Origin: an uncultured Gemmatimonadales bacterium
Lineage (GTDB): Bacteria; Gemmatimonadota; Gemmatimonadetes; Gemmatimonadales; GWC2-71-9
Length of the DNA stretch: 64,000 bases
Direction of reading: 5' to 3'
Assembly (NCBI GenBank): GCA_963730185.1
Contig: CAVSQW010000006.1
Coordinates: forward strand, 224,001 to 288,000
This document shows positions 9,048 through 18,617 of this stretch, piece by piece; the first letter of the stretch is position 1; the number at the start of each line of letters is the position of its first letter. A program made the translations under genes and the position numbers. The notes below the pieces were generated by a model. That model saw nothing but the letters and a program-made list of their open reading frames with translations, ran no database searches and was not told where the DNA came from.

Positions 9048-10409
9048 CTGCGTCCCCCGAGCAGCCGTCGGATCGCCCGATCGAAGCGCGCCCGCCGCTC
9101 GCGATTCACGCGGCGCTGACCCGCCAACCGGGTCCGCGGGGCCGCCAGGTCCAGGTTGCCGACGCCGCCCAGCGACCGCCGCCGGGCCAGGACCTCGCCG
9201 GCCGGCACGGGCGGCATGGGCCGGCCGGCCTTGAGGGCCGCCGCCACCTCGCGATAGGCGGTTCGGAACGGCTCGCCGGCTTCCACCCGGCGCATCACCT
9301 GGTCGGTGGAGAGCACCCCGGCATCCAGCGCCCGGCGCCCCCGCTCCCGGTCCACGCCCAGCACCGGCACCACCCGCGCCATCATGGTCAGCATTTCGCC
9401 GGTTCGCGACAGGCCGCGGAGCAGCGGCTCCTTGAGCAGCTGGAAGTCGCGATGATAGCCGCTGGTGAGCTTGCCCCGGATCGCCAGCAGGGCCGCGAGG
9501 TCGCCTTCGAGCGCCGCGACCCGCGCCCGGGTGAGCTCGAAGACGTCGGGGTTCCGCTTCTGGGGCATGATGCTCGAACCCGTGGCGTACTCCGTCGGGA
9601 GCTCCAGGAGCCCGAACTCCGGTCCCGAGAGCAGGATCACGTCGCTGGCGAACCGGGAGAGGTCGTGCCCGAGCTGGACGCACCAGAAGAGGACACCCGC
9701 CTCGAGCTTGCCCCGGCCCAGCTGCACGGTGGCCACGTTGTGCTCCACCGCGGCGAATCCGAGCGCCCGGGCCGCCACCTCGCGCTCGAGGGGTAGCGGC
9801 ACTCCGTAGCCGGCGGCGCTTCCCAGCGGGGAGCGGTCCACCAGCTCCCAGACCGTCCCCACCGAGCCGGCCGTGTCGAGCAGCGCCTCGGCGTAGGCGG
9901 CGGCCCAGAGCCCCGCGCTCGACGGCATCGCGGGCCGGAGGTGGGTGTACCCCGGCCAGAGCGCGGTCCGATGTTTCGTCGCGAACGCCAGGAACGCGGC
10001 TGCCAGATCGCAGGCGCCGGCCTGGAGGAGCGAGCAGCCGGTCCTTGAGCAGGAGCCGGAGATCGCACGCGACCTGATCGTTCCGCGAGCGGCCGGTGTG
10101 GACCCGCTCGCCGGCGGTGCCCACCCGGTCGGTGAGCCAGGTCTCCACCGCCGAGTGGGCGTCCTCGTGCTGGGCACGGATCCGGAGGGTACCCGCCTCC
10201 ACCGCCCGGAGCGCGGCCCGCAGTCCCGCCCGGAGCTTCCGGTAGTCGGCGGTGGTAAGGAGCTTCGAGGCGCGGAGCCCTTCGATGTGCCCCAGGCTCC
10301 CGAGCACGTCCCAGCCCAGCAGCTCGGCGTCGACCTCGCGGTCGCTCCCGACGGTGTAGTCGAGCATGGCCCGGTCGGCCCGATCGCCTTTGGCCCAGAG
10401 GGTTCTCAT
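9044..10409 (-). CDS. argH: Argininosuccinate lyase (one apparent frameshift near 10030)
   Basis: HTGRSRNDQV in one frame; GYTHLRPAMP and TGSSIMPQKRNPD in the next frame. Confidence 0.9.
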
Positions 10410-11489
10410 CTGGAGGTACTCCTCCGCGAGCGCCCGGTAGAAGCTCCGGGCGGCCGTGACTTCGGGAAGGTCCACCGATTCGTCGGGCGTGTGCGACCGG
10501 CGGCTGGTACCGGGCCCGCACTTGATCGCGTCGGTCTGCCGCACGAAGACCCAGTCGGAGCAGGTCGGGCTCCCGAAGGTCCGGGCCCCCGGCCGGACCC
10601 GGAGCGCGGCCGCGAGGAGCCGGGAGTCGGCCGGGGTCTCGCAGGGAACCAGCCGCTCCGAGGTGACCACCACGTCCGACGTCAGCTGCCGCCGGAGCTC
10701 CTCCGCGATCTCGGGGTGCTCCCAGTCCGGCGTGCTCCGGATGTCGAGCACCGCCCGGGCCACGGGCGGGGTGACGTTCCGGCTCACCCCCGCGTCCAGC
10801 ATCGTGGCGGTCACGGTGGCCCGGCCCAACACGCCATGGGCCCGTTGGCTCAGCAGCTCGGGCAGCTTCACCAGGTCGCCGGCCAGCCGGGTGATTGAGT
10901 TCTCGAAGGCGCCGTCGGCCGCGTAACCCGCGTGTCGTTGATCGCCGTGGGCGACCAGATCCACCATCATCAACCCCCGCTGCGCCACCGCGACGTCGAG
11001 ATTGGTCGGCTCGCCCACCACCGCCGCCGAGATCGGCGGGAGCGAGGCCACCGCCCGGCCCATGGTGGTGTGCCGGGTCTCTTCGCCCAGCCCGAGGATC
11101 ACGAAGAGCTGGCCCCGGAGCCCCGAGGTGCCGACCCCCTGGGCCAGGTCGATGGCCGCGGTGATCATCGCCGCCACGGCGGCCTTGGCGTCGCCGGAGC
11201 CCCGGCCGTAGAGGAGATCGCCTTCGATCGTCGGGACGAAGGGATCGCGGGTCCAGCCGTTACCCGGCGGCACCACGTCGAGGTGCGAGATCAGCGCCAG
11301 ACTCCGGCCCGGCCGCCCGCTGTCGACCACGATCTTGACGCCGGTGTCGTCCCGGATCACGTCGAGCCCGGCCCGCCGGGCCAGGGCCTCGACGAACCGC
11401 GCGATCGGCTCCTCATCGCCGCTGATCGACGGGATCGCGACCAGGTCGCGGAGCAGCTCGATCTCAGTCGACGAGCTCGACCCCGACAT
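10406..11489 (-). CDS. argE: M20 deacylase, ArgE-like (acetyl- or succinyl-citrulline/ornithine deacylase)
   Basis: SHLDVVP, GRGSGDAK, GEPT, GSPTCSD and KCGPGTSRRSHTPDE motifs. As given it reads in frame into argH, so the 3' end is uncertain. Confidence 0.85.
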
Positions 11490-12408
11490 AGCTCGCTTTC
11501 TCCTTCTTCCCGACGATCATGGTGCCGGTCCCGGCCCCGGTGAACACTTCCACGAGGATGGAGTCGGGGAGCCGGCCGTCGATGATGTGGGTCCGCTCCA
11601 CCCCGCTGGTGGCCGCCCGGATGCAGGCGTCGACCTTGGGGCGCATCCCGCCGGCCAGCGAGCCGTTGGCAATCAGCTGGGCCAGATCGTCGGGGTCGGC
11701 GAACGTCACCAGCGACGACGGATCGTTCCGGTCCCGGAGCACGCCCGGGACACTGGTGAGGAAGATCAGCTTGTGCGCTTTGAGTCCGATCGCGAGCTGC
11801 TCGGCCACCGTGTCGGCGTTGACATTGTAGACGTTGCCGTCGCGATCGCCGGCCAGCGACGCCACCACCGGCACGAACCGCTGGTCGAGCAGGGTCGTGA
11901 GCACCCGGACGTCGACCCCGGTCACGTCGCCCACGTGGCCGAAGTCCACCAGCCGGCTGGTGCCGTCGTCGTCCGTGACCTCGACCGGCGGCCGTTTGGC
12001 GGCGGTGAGCAGATCAGCATCGACCCCGCTCAGTCCCACCGCCTGCACGCCGTGGTGCCGGAGAGCCGAGAGCACCTCGAGGTTCACGGTCCCGGAAAAC
12101 ACCATCTTGGCGACCTCCAGGGCCCCGTCGTCGGTGACCCGGCGGCCCGCCACGATCACGGGCTCCTGCCCCAGCCGGCGGCTCAGCGCCGTGGCCTGGG
12201 CCCCGCCGCCGTGGACCACCACGATCCGGATGCCGAGCGAGTGAAGCAGGCCCAGCTGGGCCGCCACCTGCTCGAGCACGTGCGCGTCGGAGACGACGTC
12301 GCCACCGATCTTCACGACGAAGGCATGGTCGCGATAGGCCCGCACGTATCGGAGCGCGCCCTTGAGTCCGGTCAGCGGCCGAGCCGCGTCGAGAGGAGCC
12401 GTCATCAT
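11464..12408 (-). CDS. argB: Acyl(acetyl)glutamate kinase
   Basis: VVKIGG, VVHGGG, GRRVTD, YNVNADT and GGMRPKV motifs. Confidence 0.95.
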   Translation of the reverse strand: MMTAPLDAARPLTGLKGALRYVRAYRDHAFVVKIGGDVVSDAHVLEQVAAQLGLLHSLGIRIVVVHGGGAQATALSRRLGQEPVIVAGRRVTDDGALEVAKMVFSGTVNLEVLSALRHHGVQAVGLSGVDADLLTAAKRPPVEVTDDDGTSRLVDFGHVGDVTGVDVRVLTTLLDQRFVPVVASLAGDRDGNVYNVNADTVAEQLAIGLKAHKLIFLTSVPGVLRDRNDPSSLVTFADPDDLAQLIANGSLAGGMRPKVDACIRAATSGVERTHIIDGRLPDSILVEVFTGAGTGTMIVGKKEKASYVGVELVD

Positions 12409-13433
12409 CCCCCGCTTCCTTCCCTGTTGCCGATCAGATCCAGCAGGAGGGCCCGCTGCGCGTGGAGGCGGTTCTCCGCCTGGTCCACCACCACGGAGCA
12501 AGGGCCGTCCAGTACCGCGTCCTCGATTTCGACGTTCCGGCGGACCGGGAGGCAGTGCATCACGATGCCCTTCCCGCCCCGGGTGGCCTTGAGGGAATCC
12601 ACGTTCATGATCCAGGGACGGAGATCCTTCCGGAGCGCCTTCTCTTCCTCGGGCTTCCCGTACAGCTGGAGGGAGCCCCAGGACTTCACGTAGACCGCGT
12701 CGGCGCCCACCATCGCGTCGGTCATCGAGCCCGCGAGCGTGACCCGGCCACCGTTCGCGGTGGCCGTCTTGTAGATCGTGGCCATGTCGTCCGGGTCGAG
12801 GTCGTAGCCCTGGGGCCGGGCGATCACCACCTCCATGCCCAGTTGCGCCGCGGCGATCGCCGCGCTGGCCGGGACCGCGGTCGGGAGCGCCTTGGGGTGC
12901 CAGGCCCACGAGAGCACGAACTTCTTTCCCTTGGGATCGCCGAGCTTCTCCTTGAGGGTCAGGGCGTCGGCCAGTCCCTGACACGGGTGGCGCCGAGCCG
13001 ACTCCAGATTGATCACCGGCTTGTCGCTGTACGCGGCGAAGTCCTTGATCACCCGGTCCTGGCGTTCCTTCTGCCAGTCGGTGCCCCGGGGGAAGACCCG
13101 GACCCCGATCGCGTCGGCATACCGGGCCAGGACCCGCGAGGTCTCGATCAGGTGCTCCACCGCCGCGCCCTCCATCACCACGCCGGGCTCGGTCTCCCAG
13201 GTCCAGCTGCCCCGCCCCGGCTCGAGCACGATCATGTGGCCGCCGTGGAGGAACATCGCGGCCTCGAGGCTGGCCCGGGTCCGGAGGCTCGGGTCCATGA
13301 AGGCGGCCGCCAGGATCTTCTTCTCCAGGCCGCCCGGGACCTCGTTCCGCTTGGCCCGCGCGGCCAGGTCGAGGAGGCCCTGGAAGGCCTCCGGGGTCAA
13401 GTCCTCGGTCGCGAGGAAATCACGCTTTCTCAT
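12405..13433 (-). CDS. argF: N-acyl-ornithine carbamoyltransferase (ArgF' family, AOTCase/SOTCase)
   Basis: SLRT, HPCQ, WAWHPKALP, KSWG, HCLPVRRN and AENRLH are characteristic of the acyl-ornithine transcarbamylases rather than canonical OTC. Confidence 0.9.
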   Translation of the reverse strand: MRKRDFLATEDLTPEAFQGLLDLAARAKRNEVPGGLEKKILAAAFMDPSLRTRASLEAAMFLHGGHMIVLEPGRGSWTWETEPGVVMEGAAVEHLIETSRVLARYADAIGVRVFPRGTDWQKERQDRVIKDFAAYSDKPVINLESARRHPCQGLADALTLKEKLGDPKGKKFVLSWAWHPKALPTAVPASAAIAAAQLGMEVVIARPQGYDLDPDDMATIYKTATANGGRVTLAGSMTDAMVGADAVYVKSWGSLQLYGKPEEEKALRKDLRPWIMNVDSLKATRGGKGIVMHCLPVRRNVEIEDAVLDGPCSVVVDQAENRLHAQRALLLDLIGNREGSGG

Positions 13434-14585
13434 GTCAGCACCCGACGCAACGCGTCGACCAGCAGGGTGGCTTCGGCTCGGGAGAACGAGAGCGGCGGCA
13501 TCAGCCGGAGCACCGCCGGGTCGCTCGAGGTCCCGGTGAGGATGCGCGACTCGAAGAGCGCGCGCTGAACGTCCGGCGGCCTTCCGGTCGAGCCGGAGGC
13601 CGAGGAGCAGGCCGCGGCCTTGGACGTCGGAGACGGCGGGGATCCGCTGCACCGCCCGGCGGATCTGGTCGCCGACCATCACGGCGTTCTCGATCAGCCG
13701 CTCGCGCTGGAGCACGGTCAGGTTGGCGAGGCCGGCCGCGGCGGCCACCGGGCCGCCGCCGAAGGTGCTGCCCAGGTCGCCCACCTTGAGCCCCGAGGTG
13801 ATCGCCGGGGTCGCGACCATGGCGCCGATCGGGATCCCGGCCGCGAGCCCCTTGGCCAGGGTCAATACGTCGGGCACCACCTCGAACGCCTCCGCCGCCG
13901 TGAAGGCGCCGCAGCGGCCCACCCCGCACTGGATCTCGTCGAAGATCAACACCGCGCCTTCGCGGTCGCAGGCCAGCCGGGCGGCCCGGAGAAAGTCGGG
14001 CGAGCAGTCCCGCGCGCCGGCCATCCCCTGGACCGGCTCGACGATCACCGCGGCGACGGTGTCGTCCACGGCGGCACCGATGGCGGTGACGTCGTTGAAC
14101 GGCACCTTGGTCGAGAGCGGGATCCCGGCGCGGCGAGCGCCGTCTTCGTACTTGGCCCCGTCGGTCACGGCCAGCGTGGCCACGGTGCGCCCGTGCCACC
14201 CGCCGGCCACCGAGACGATCTTCTGGCGGCCGGTGACCTTGCGCGCCAGACCGAGGGCGTTCTCGTTGGCCTCCGCGCCGCTGTTGCAGAAGAACACCTT
14301 GCCCAACGGGTCGGGGCAGAGCGAGGCGATGACCTCGGCCAGCTCCTCCCGGCCCGCGTGGGGGATCGCGGTCGAGTAAAAGATCAGCTTCGCGGCCTGG
14401 TCGGCGATCGCCTTGACCACCTCGGGATGCGAGTGGCCGGTCGAGGCGACCGCGTGGCCGCCGTAGGCGTCGAGCCACCGCTCGCCCTTCTCGTCCGTGA
14501 TCCAGGAGCCCTTGCCCGACACCACTCGCAAAGGGAACTGGGCGTACACCGGCAACCAGGCGCCGGAGGTCTGGGATGCGGTCAT
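13430..14585 (-). CDS. argD: Acyl-ornithine aminotransferase (frameshift near 13574)
   Basis: CNSGAEANE, HGRT, EPVQG, DEIQCG and STFGG motifs. The C-terminus DVQRALFESRIL...LRLMPPL continues in a shifted frame to a TGA overlapping the argF ATG. Confidence 0.9.
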
Positions 14586-14594
14586 GCCGCTCCT

Positions 14595-15623
14595 CTAAAT
14601 GGGAAAGGGAGACGCGGCGCCGAGCCCGGCGCGCTCGTCGACGCCCAGGGCCAGGTTCATCGCCTGAATGCCCTGCCCGCCGGCGCCTTTGACCAGGTTG
14701 TCGATCGCCACGGTGATGATGACCTCGTCGCCCTTGGTGGTCGGGGCGACGTGGAGCAAGACGTCGTTGGAGCCCACCGCGTGGGTCAGCTCCGGAGGCG
14801 CGTCAAGGACCCGGACGAAGGGGCGCCCCGCGAAGGCGGCCTTCGTGGCCGCCGGCAGCTCGCCGCCCACCGGCTCGGCAAGCCGGGCGTGCACGGTGGC
14901 GTAAATGCCCCGCACGAACGGCCCCGAGTGCGTCAGCAGGCGGGGGCCCGCCTCGGCCCGGCCGGTCCAGGCCCGCCACTGCTCCTGGAGCTCGGCCTCG
15001 TGCCGGTGCCCCTGGACCGAGTAGGCGAACACGTTGTTGGCCCGGAACGGGTGATGGGTCGTCGGCTTGGGACTGACCCCCGCTCCGCTCGAGCCGGTGA
15101 TCCCCCAGACCGCGGGCTCCACCGCGAGCGAGGCCTGTCGAAGCGGGTAGAGCGCCAGCTGGGCGGCCGTCGCAAAGCAGCCCGGCGCGGCGATCGCCTT
15201 GGCGCCTTTCAGCTCGGCGCCCCGGACGTCGGCCAGGCCGTACTCGAACCGATGCACCAGCTCGGGCGCGGGATGCCGGCCGTAGTAGCGCTCGTGGAGC
15301 CGCCCGTCGTGCACCCGGAAATCGGCGGCCAGGTCGACCACCAGGCCCGGACCGGCGTCGAGAATCTCGCCCATGATCTTGGACGACTCGCCGTGCTCCA
15401 GCGACAGGAAGACCACGTCGGCGTCGCGGGCGGCCTCGGCGGGCGAGAGCCCGGCAAACCGAACCTCGGTTCGCCCGGCGAGCGAGGGATGCACCTCGCC
15501 CAGGGGCTTCCCGGCTTGGCTCCGGCTGGTCGCCACCAGCTCGGTGACCTCCGGGTGCTGGAGCAGGAGCCGAAGCAACTCCCCGCCGACGAAGCCGGCG
15601 GACCCGATCGCGGCCACCCGCAT
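14595..15623 (-). CDS. argC: N-acyl-gamma-glutamyl-phosphate reductase
   Basis: GSAGFVGGELLRLL, DLAADFR, APGCFATA, GSSGAG and DNLVKGAGGQ motifs. Confidence 0.95.
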   Translation of the reverse strand: MRVAAIGSAGFVGGELLRLLLQHPEVTELVATSRSQAGKPLGEVHPSLAGRTEVRFAGLSPAEAARDADVVFLSLEHGESSKIMGEILDAGPGLVVDLAADFRVHDGRLHERYYGRHPAPELVHRFEYGLADVRGAELKGAKAIAAPGCFATAAQLALYPLRQASLAVEPAVWGITGSSGAGVSPKPTTHHPFRANNVFAYSVQGHRHEAELQEQWRAWTGRAEAGPRLLTHSGPFVRGIYATVHARLAEPVGGELPAATKAAFAGRPFVRVLDAPPELTHAVGSNDVLLHVAPTTKGDEVIITVAIDNLVKGAGGQGIQAMNLALGVDERAGLGAASPFPI

Positions 15624-16708
15624 CAGGCGGCTCCCTGCCGGGCTCGCCAGTCGGCGATGGCCGGCTCCACCACGTCGAGCAGGCCGGCGGCGTCGCGGCG
15701 GGCGTTGTGGGCCGGGAAGCCCAGCGTGCCGGTGATGAAGTCGCGACCGACCTGGTTGTCGGTGGCGGGTCCGGTAAAGAGCGTGAGCGGGAGATGGAAC
15801 CGGTCGCGATAGAGCTCCAGCGCTCCCCAACAGGCCACCGGATCGGGCGCGGCCATCACGTGCGCGGCGCCCAGACCCATCAGGCCCCGGTTCTCGAGAA
15901 TGTCCTGCACCCCGTACTCACCCAGAATCCCGTCACCCAGCTCGGCCACGATCACGTCGGGGGCGCCCGACGAGCGGCTGGCCAGCCGGTTGAAGAGCCC
16001 GCGGGCCACCCCCACGGTCAGACCCGGGTGGGTGCTGGCGATGCCGGCATCGTTGAAGGTCAGCGCCGCGATCGCGCCGGCATCGAGCATGGCCAGCGTG
16101 TCCCGCATCAGCGACACGCCGGTCAGCTTGGCGGCGCCGACCCGATAGCCGCGCCGAGCCAGACCCCGCACCAGCTCGGTGGCCGCGACCGTCTTTCCAG
16201 CGTTCATGCAAGTCCCGGCCACGTACACGACCGGGGTCTCGGCCGTGAGCTCGTCGGCCACCGGCACCGCGCCGTCGTGGATGGTGGCCGGCGTCCCGAC
16301 CCGGTCGCCCAGATCGGGAAAGGCCAGCACGGCACCCAGGACCTCCGCCTGGAACGGCGGCCCGATGTCGGGATTCTCGGAGATGCACCGGCCCACGATC
16401 CCGCCCAGGTTGAGCACGGCGATCGTGTCGCCGACCACGATAGTGTCGGGCACCTCGCCGGCGTAGCCCCGGAGTGCCCGGCGGGAGCCGAGCACCCCGG
16501 CCAGGACGTCGCCGGAGCGGAGCGAGACCATCCGGCCGCTCACGTCCTCGACGGTGTTGTAGCTCGACTTGTCGGTCAGGATCCGGACCGCGAGGATCCG
16601 CCCCTCCTCGGCCAGGATCTCGTTGCCCACGATCACGTCGGGCGCGAGCCGGGCGTTCCGGGTGGCCGACGAGATCCGGTCGAGGTGGACCCGGGTGGTA
16701 CGCACCAT
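15623..16708 (-). CDS. DUF1611/DgcN-like P-loop protein embedded in the arg operon
   Basis: Walker-A-like GTCMNAGKT, AKLTG and VIVAELGDG. Tightly packed between argG and argC. Confidence 0.7.
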   Translation of the reverse strand: MVRTTRVHLDRISSATRNARLAPDVIVGNEILAEEGRILAVRILTDKSSYNTVEDVSGRMVSLRSGDVLAGVLGSRRALRGYAGEVPDTIVVGDTIAVLNLGGIVGRCISENPDIGPPFQAEVLGAVLAFPDLGDRVGTPATIHDGAVPVADELTAETPVVYVAGTCMNAGKTVAATELVRGLARRGYRVGAAKLTGVSLMRDTLAMLDAGAIAALTFNDAGIASTHPGLTVGVARGLFNRLASRSSGAPDVIVAELGDGILGEYGVQDILENRGLMGLGAAHVMAAPDPVACWGALELYRDRFHLPLTLFTGPATDNQVGRDFITGTLGFPAHNARRDAAGLLDVVEPAIADWRARQGAA

Positions 16709-16709
16709 C

Positions 16710-17906
16710 TCAGCCACCACTTCGCTCGCCCACCCGGGCCGCCAGGAGCGACGGGATCGCGCCGATCCGGGCGAAGGCCCGGGCCTCGTCGCCGGTCCAG
16801 AGCCGGTTCTCCTCGCCGTAGGTGGCGACGCTCTTGTCCATCAGCGAGAAGGGGCTCCGGGTCCCGGTCACCATGAACCGGCCCGGCGCCAGATGAATTC
16901 GGGTCTCGCCCGTGACCCGCCGCTGCGAGCTGGTAATCAGCGCCTCGACGTCGCGGAGCGCGGGGTCGAAGTACTGGCCCTCGTGGAGCCGGTCGCCGTA
17001 GAAGCGGGCGAGCTGGTCCTTCCAGAAGGTCTGCCACTTGGTGAGGACCAGCTTTTCCAGCTCGCGATGAGCCGCGATCAGCACCAGCGCGGCGCCGGCC
17101 TCGAACCCGATCCGGCCCTTGATGCCGAGCGCGGTCTCGCCCACGTGGATGTTCCGGCCCAACCCGTAGGCGTCGCTCAGGTCGTTGAGACGACCCACCA
17201 AGGCGGCGCCATCCAGCGGCGTCCCGTCGAGGGCGCGGGGCACGCCCCGCTCCCAGGCAACGATCACGTCGGCCGGGCCGGGCGCGTCGGCCGGCGGGTC
17301 GACCAAGTCGGGTGGCGGCCCGGCCCAGGTATCGTGGGTCCAGCCACCACCCCAGGTGGTGCCCCAGAGCCCCTTGTTGATGCTGTAAGCGCCCGACTTG
17401 GGCGGCACCGGAAGGCCGCGTGACTCCAAGTAGGCGATGGCCTGGTCGCGGGAGAGCGACTCGTCCCGGATCGGGGTCACGATGCTCAGGTCGCCGGCCA
17501 GCACCCGGATGGCGATGTCGAAGCGGACCTGGTCGTTCCCGGCGCCGGTCGAGCCGTGGGCCACGGCCTTGGCGCCGATCCGCCGGGCCACCTCCACCAC
17601 CGAGATGGCCTGCTGGGTCCGCTCCGCCGACACGCTCAGCGGGTAGACCTCGCCCCGGAGCACGTTGCCCTGGATCAGGTAGCGGACGAAGCGGTCGAAG
17701 ACGGCGGTCCGGGCGTCGACCTCATGGTGCTCGACGGCGCCGACGGCCAGGGCCTGCTTCCGGATGGCGGCGAGCTCTTCCGAGGTGGCGCCGCCGGTGT
17801 CGACGTAGACGGTATGGACGGCGTAGCCCTGCTCGGCGAGCCGGGGGACGCAGTAGGAGGTGTCGAGCCCGCCGGAGAAGGCGAGCGCAATGGCTGGTTT
17901 CTGCAT
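16710..17906 (-). CDS. argG: Argininosuccinate synthase
   Basis: LAFSGGLDTS, HGSTGAGNDQVRF and GIKGRIGFEA motifs. Confidence 0.96.
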   Translation of the reverse strand: MQKPAIALAFSGGLDTSYCVPRLAEQGYAVHTVYVDTGGATSEELAAIRKQALAVGAVEHHEVDARTAVFDRFVRYLIQGNVLRGEVYPLSVSAERTQQAISVVEVARRIGAKAVAHGSTGAGNDQVRFDIAIRVLAGDLSIVTPIRDESLSRDQAIAYLESRGLPVPPKSGAYSINKGLWGTTWGGGWTHDTWAGPPPDLVDPPADAPGPADVIVAWERGVPRALDGTPLDGAALVGRLNDLSDAYGLGRNIHVGETALGIKGRIGFEAGAALVLIAAHRELEKLVLTKWQTFWKDQLARFYGDRLHEGQYFDPALRDVEALITSSQRRVTGETRIHLAPGRFMVTGTRSPFSLMDKSVATYGEENRLWTGDEARAFARIGAIPSLLAARVGERSGG

Positions 17907-17924
17907 ATTGCATAATAATGCAAT
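17907..17924. promoter_or_regulatory. ARG box (ArgR operator) overlapping the -10 element
   Basis: Perfect arms ATTGCAT-AATA-ATGCAAT (18 bp, AT-rich island) abutting the argG ATG. The minus strand carries TTGCGC-N17-CATTAT. Confidence 0.8.
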
Positions 17925-17961
17925 TGAGCTGCCGTCCGCGCAAGCGGGCGGGGCGGGATCG

Positions 17962-18384
17962 TTACCGGCGGGCCTTGCGGGTGGGTCGGTGGGAGACGAC
18001 CCGGAGCCCGGGCACGCGGGTGAATTCCCGCTCGTTGGCCGTGACCAGGGCCTTGCCGTAAGTGATGGCGGTGGCGGCGATCCAGAGATCGTTCGCCCCG
18101 ATCAGGAGCCCGTTGGCTTGGAGGTAGCGAAAGGTCTGACCGTAGGTCCAGGCCACCGCGTCCGAGCATTCGAGGACGTGGAACGGGGCGACCAAGCGTT
18201 CCCACTTGTGCCGGTCGGTGGGCGCGGCTCCGGCCGCCACCTCTCCACACACGGTGAAGGTGAGGAAGAGTGGCATCTCGGAATGCTGCTCGAGAAAGGC
18301 CTGCGCCGGCCCCGGGGTGCCCCGTCCCAGCTCGCGCTCCAAGTCAATCAGGAACGTGGTCTCGAGGATCAGTCCCTGGCCCAT
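17962..18384 (-). CDS. vapC: PIN-domain VapC toxin
   Basis: LILETTFLID...IGANDLWIAATA...LVTANEREFTRVPGL. Confidence 0.9.
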   Translation of the reverse strand: MGQGLILETTFLIDLERELGRGTPGPAQAFLEQHSEMPLFLTFTVCGEVAAGAAPTDRHKWERLVAPFHVLECSDAVAWTYGQTFRYLQANGLLIGANDLWIAATAITYGKALVTANEREFTRVPGLRVVSHRPTRKARR

Positions 18385-18617
18385 TTGTCGCGCGGCGGGC
18401 GGTCGGCCTTCTTGAGCTCGGTTACGGCATCGAGTTCGGCGTCGGCGTAGATCGGCCCCCGCTCACGCACCAGGGCGAGCAGCGCGCCCGCCGTCACCGG
18501 CTCGGACTCCCAGCGGGCTCGCATGATGACCTCGCTGAAGGACTCATGCGGCGTTCGGCGGGCGGCCACCAGGCGACGGTAGGCCTCGTCGCGGACTGAG
18601 ATCGTCTTGGTACTCAT
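18369..18617 (-). CDS. vapB: VapB-type antitoxin (DUF217-like)
   Basis: MSTKTISVRDEAYRRL..R..ESFSEVI. Overlaps the vapC start. Confidence 0.85.
   Translation of the reverse strand: MSTKTISVRDEAYRRLVAARRTPHESFSEVIMRARWESEPVTAGALLALVRERGPIYADAELDAVTELKKADRPPRDKWARD

Noticed and set aside
8595..11489. 964-aa ORF apparently fusing ArgE, ArgH and ArgR
   Set aside because: The middle section is out-of-frame, low-complexity translation caused by the indel near 10030. argR has its own ATG overlapping the argH stop.
12405..14585. 726-aa ArgD-ArgF' fusion
   Set aside because: The true ArgD C-terminus lies in another frame after an extra G near 13574 and ends in an ATGA overlap.
14586..16708. LysW-carrier (AmCP) arginine/lysine pathway, suggested by a somewhat LysY-like argC
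   Set aside because: There is no small EDWGE-ending lysW and no ATP-grasp lysX/argX in the operon, and ArgF' implies small acyl protection.
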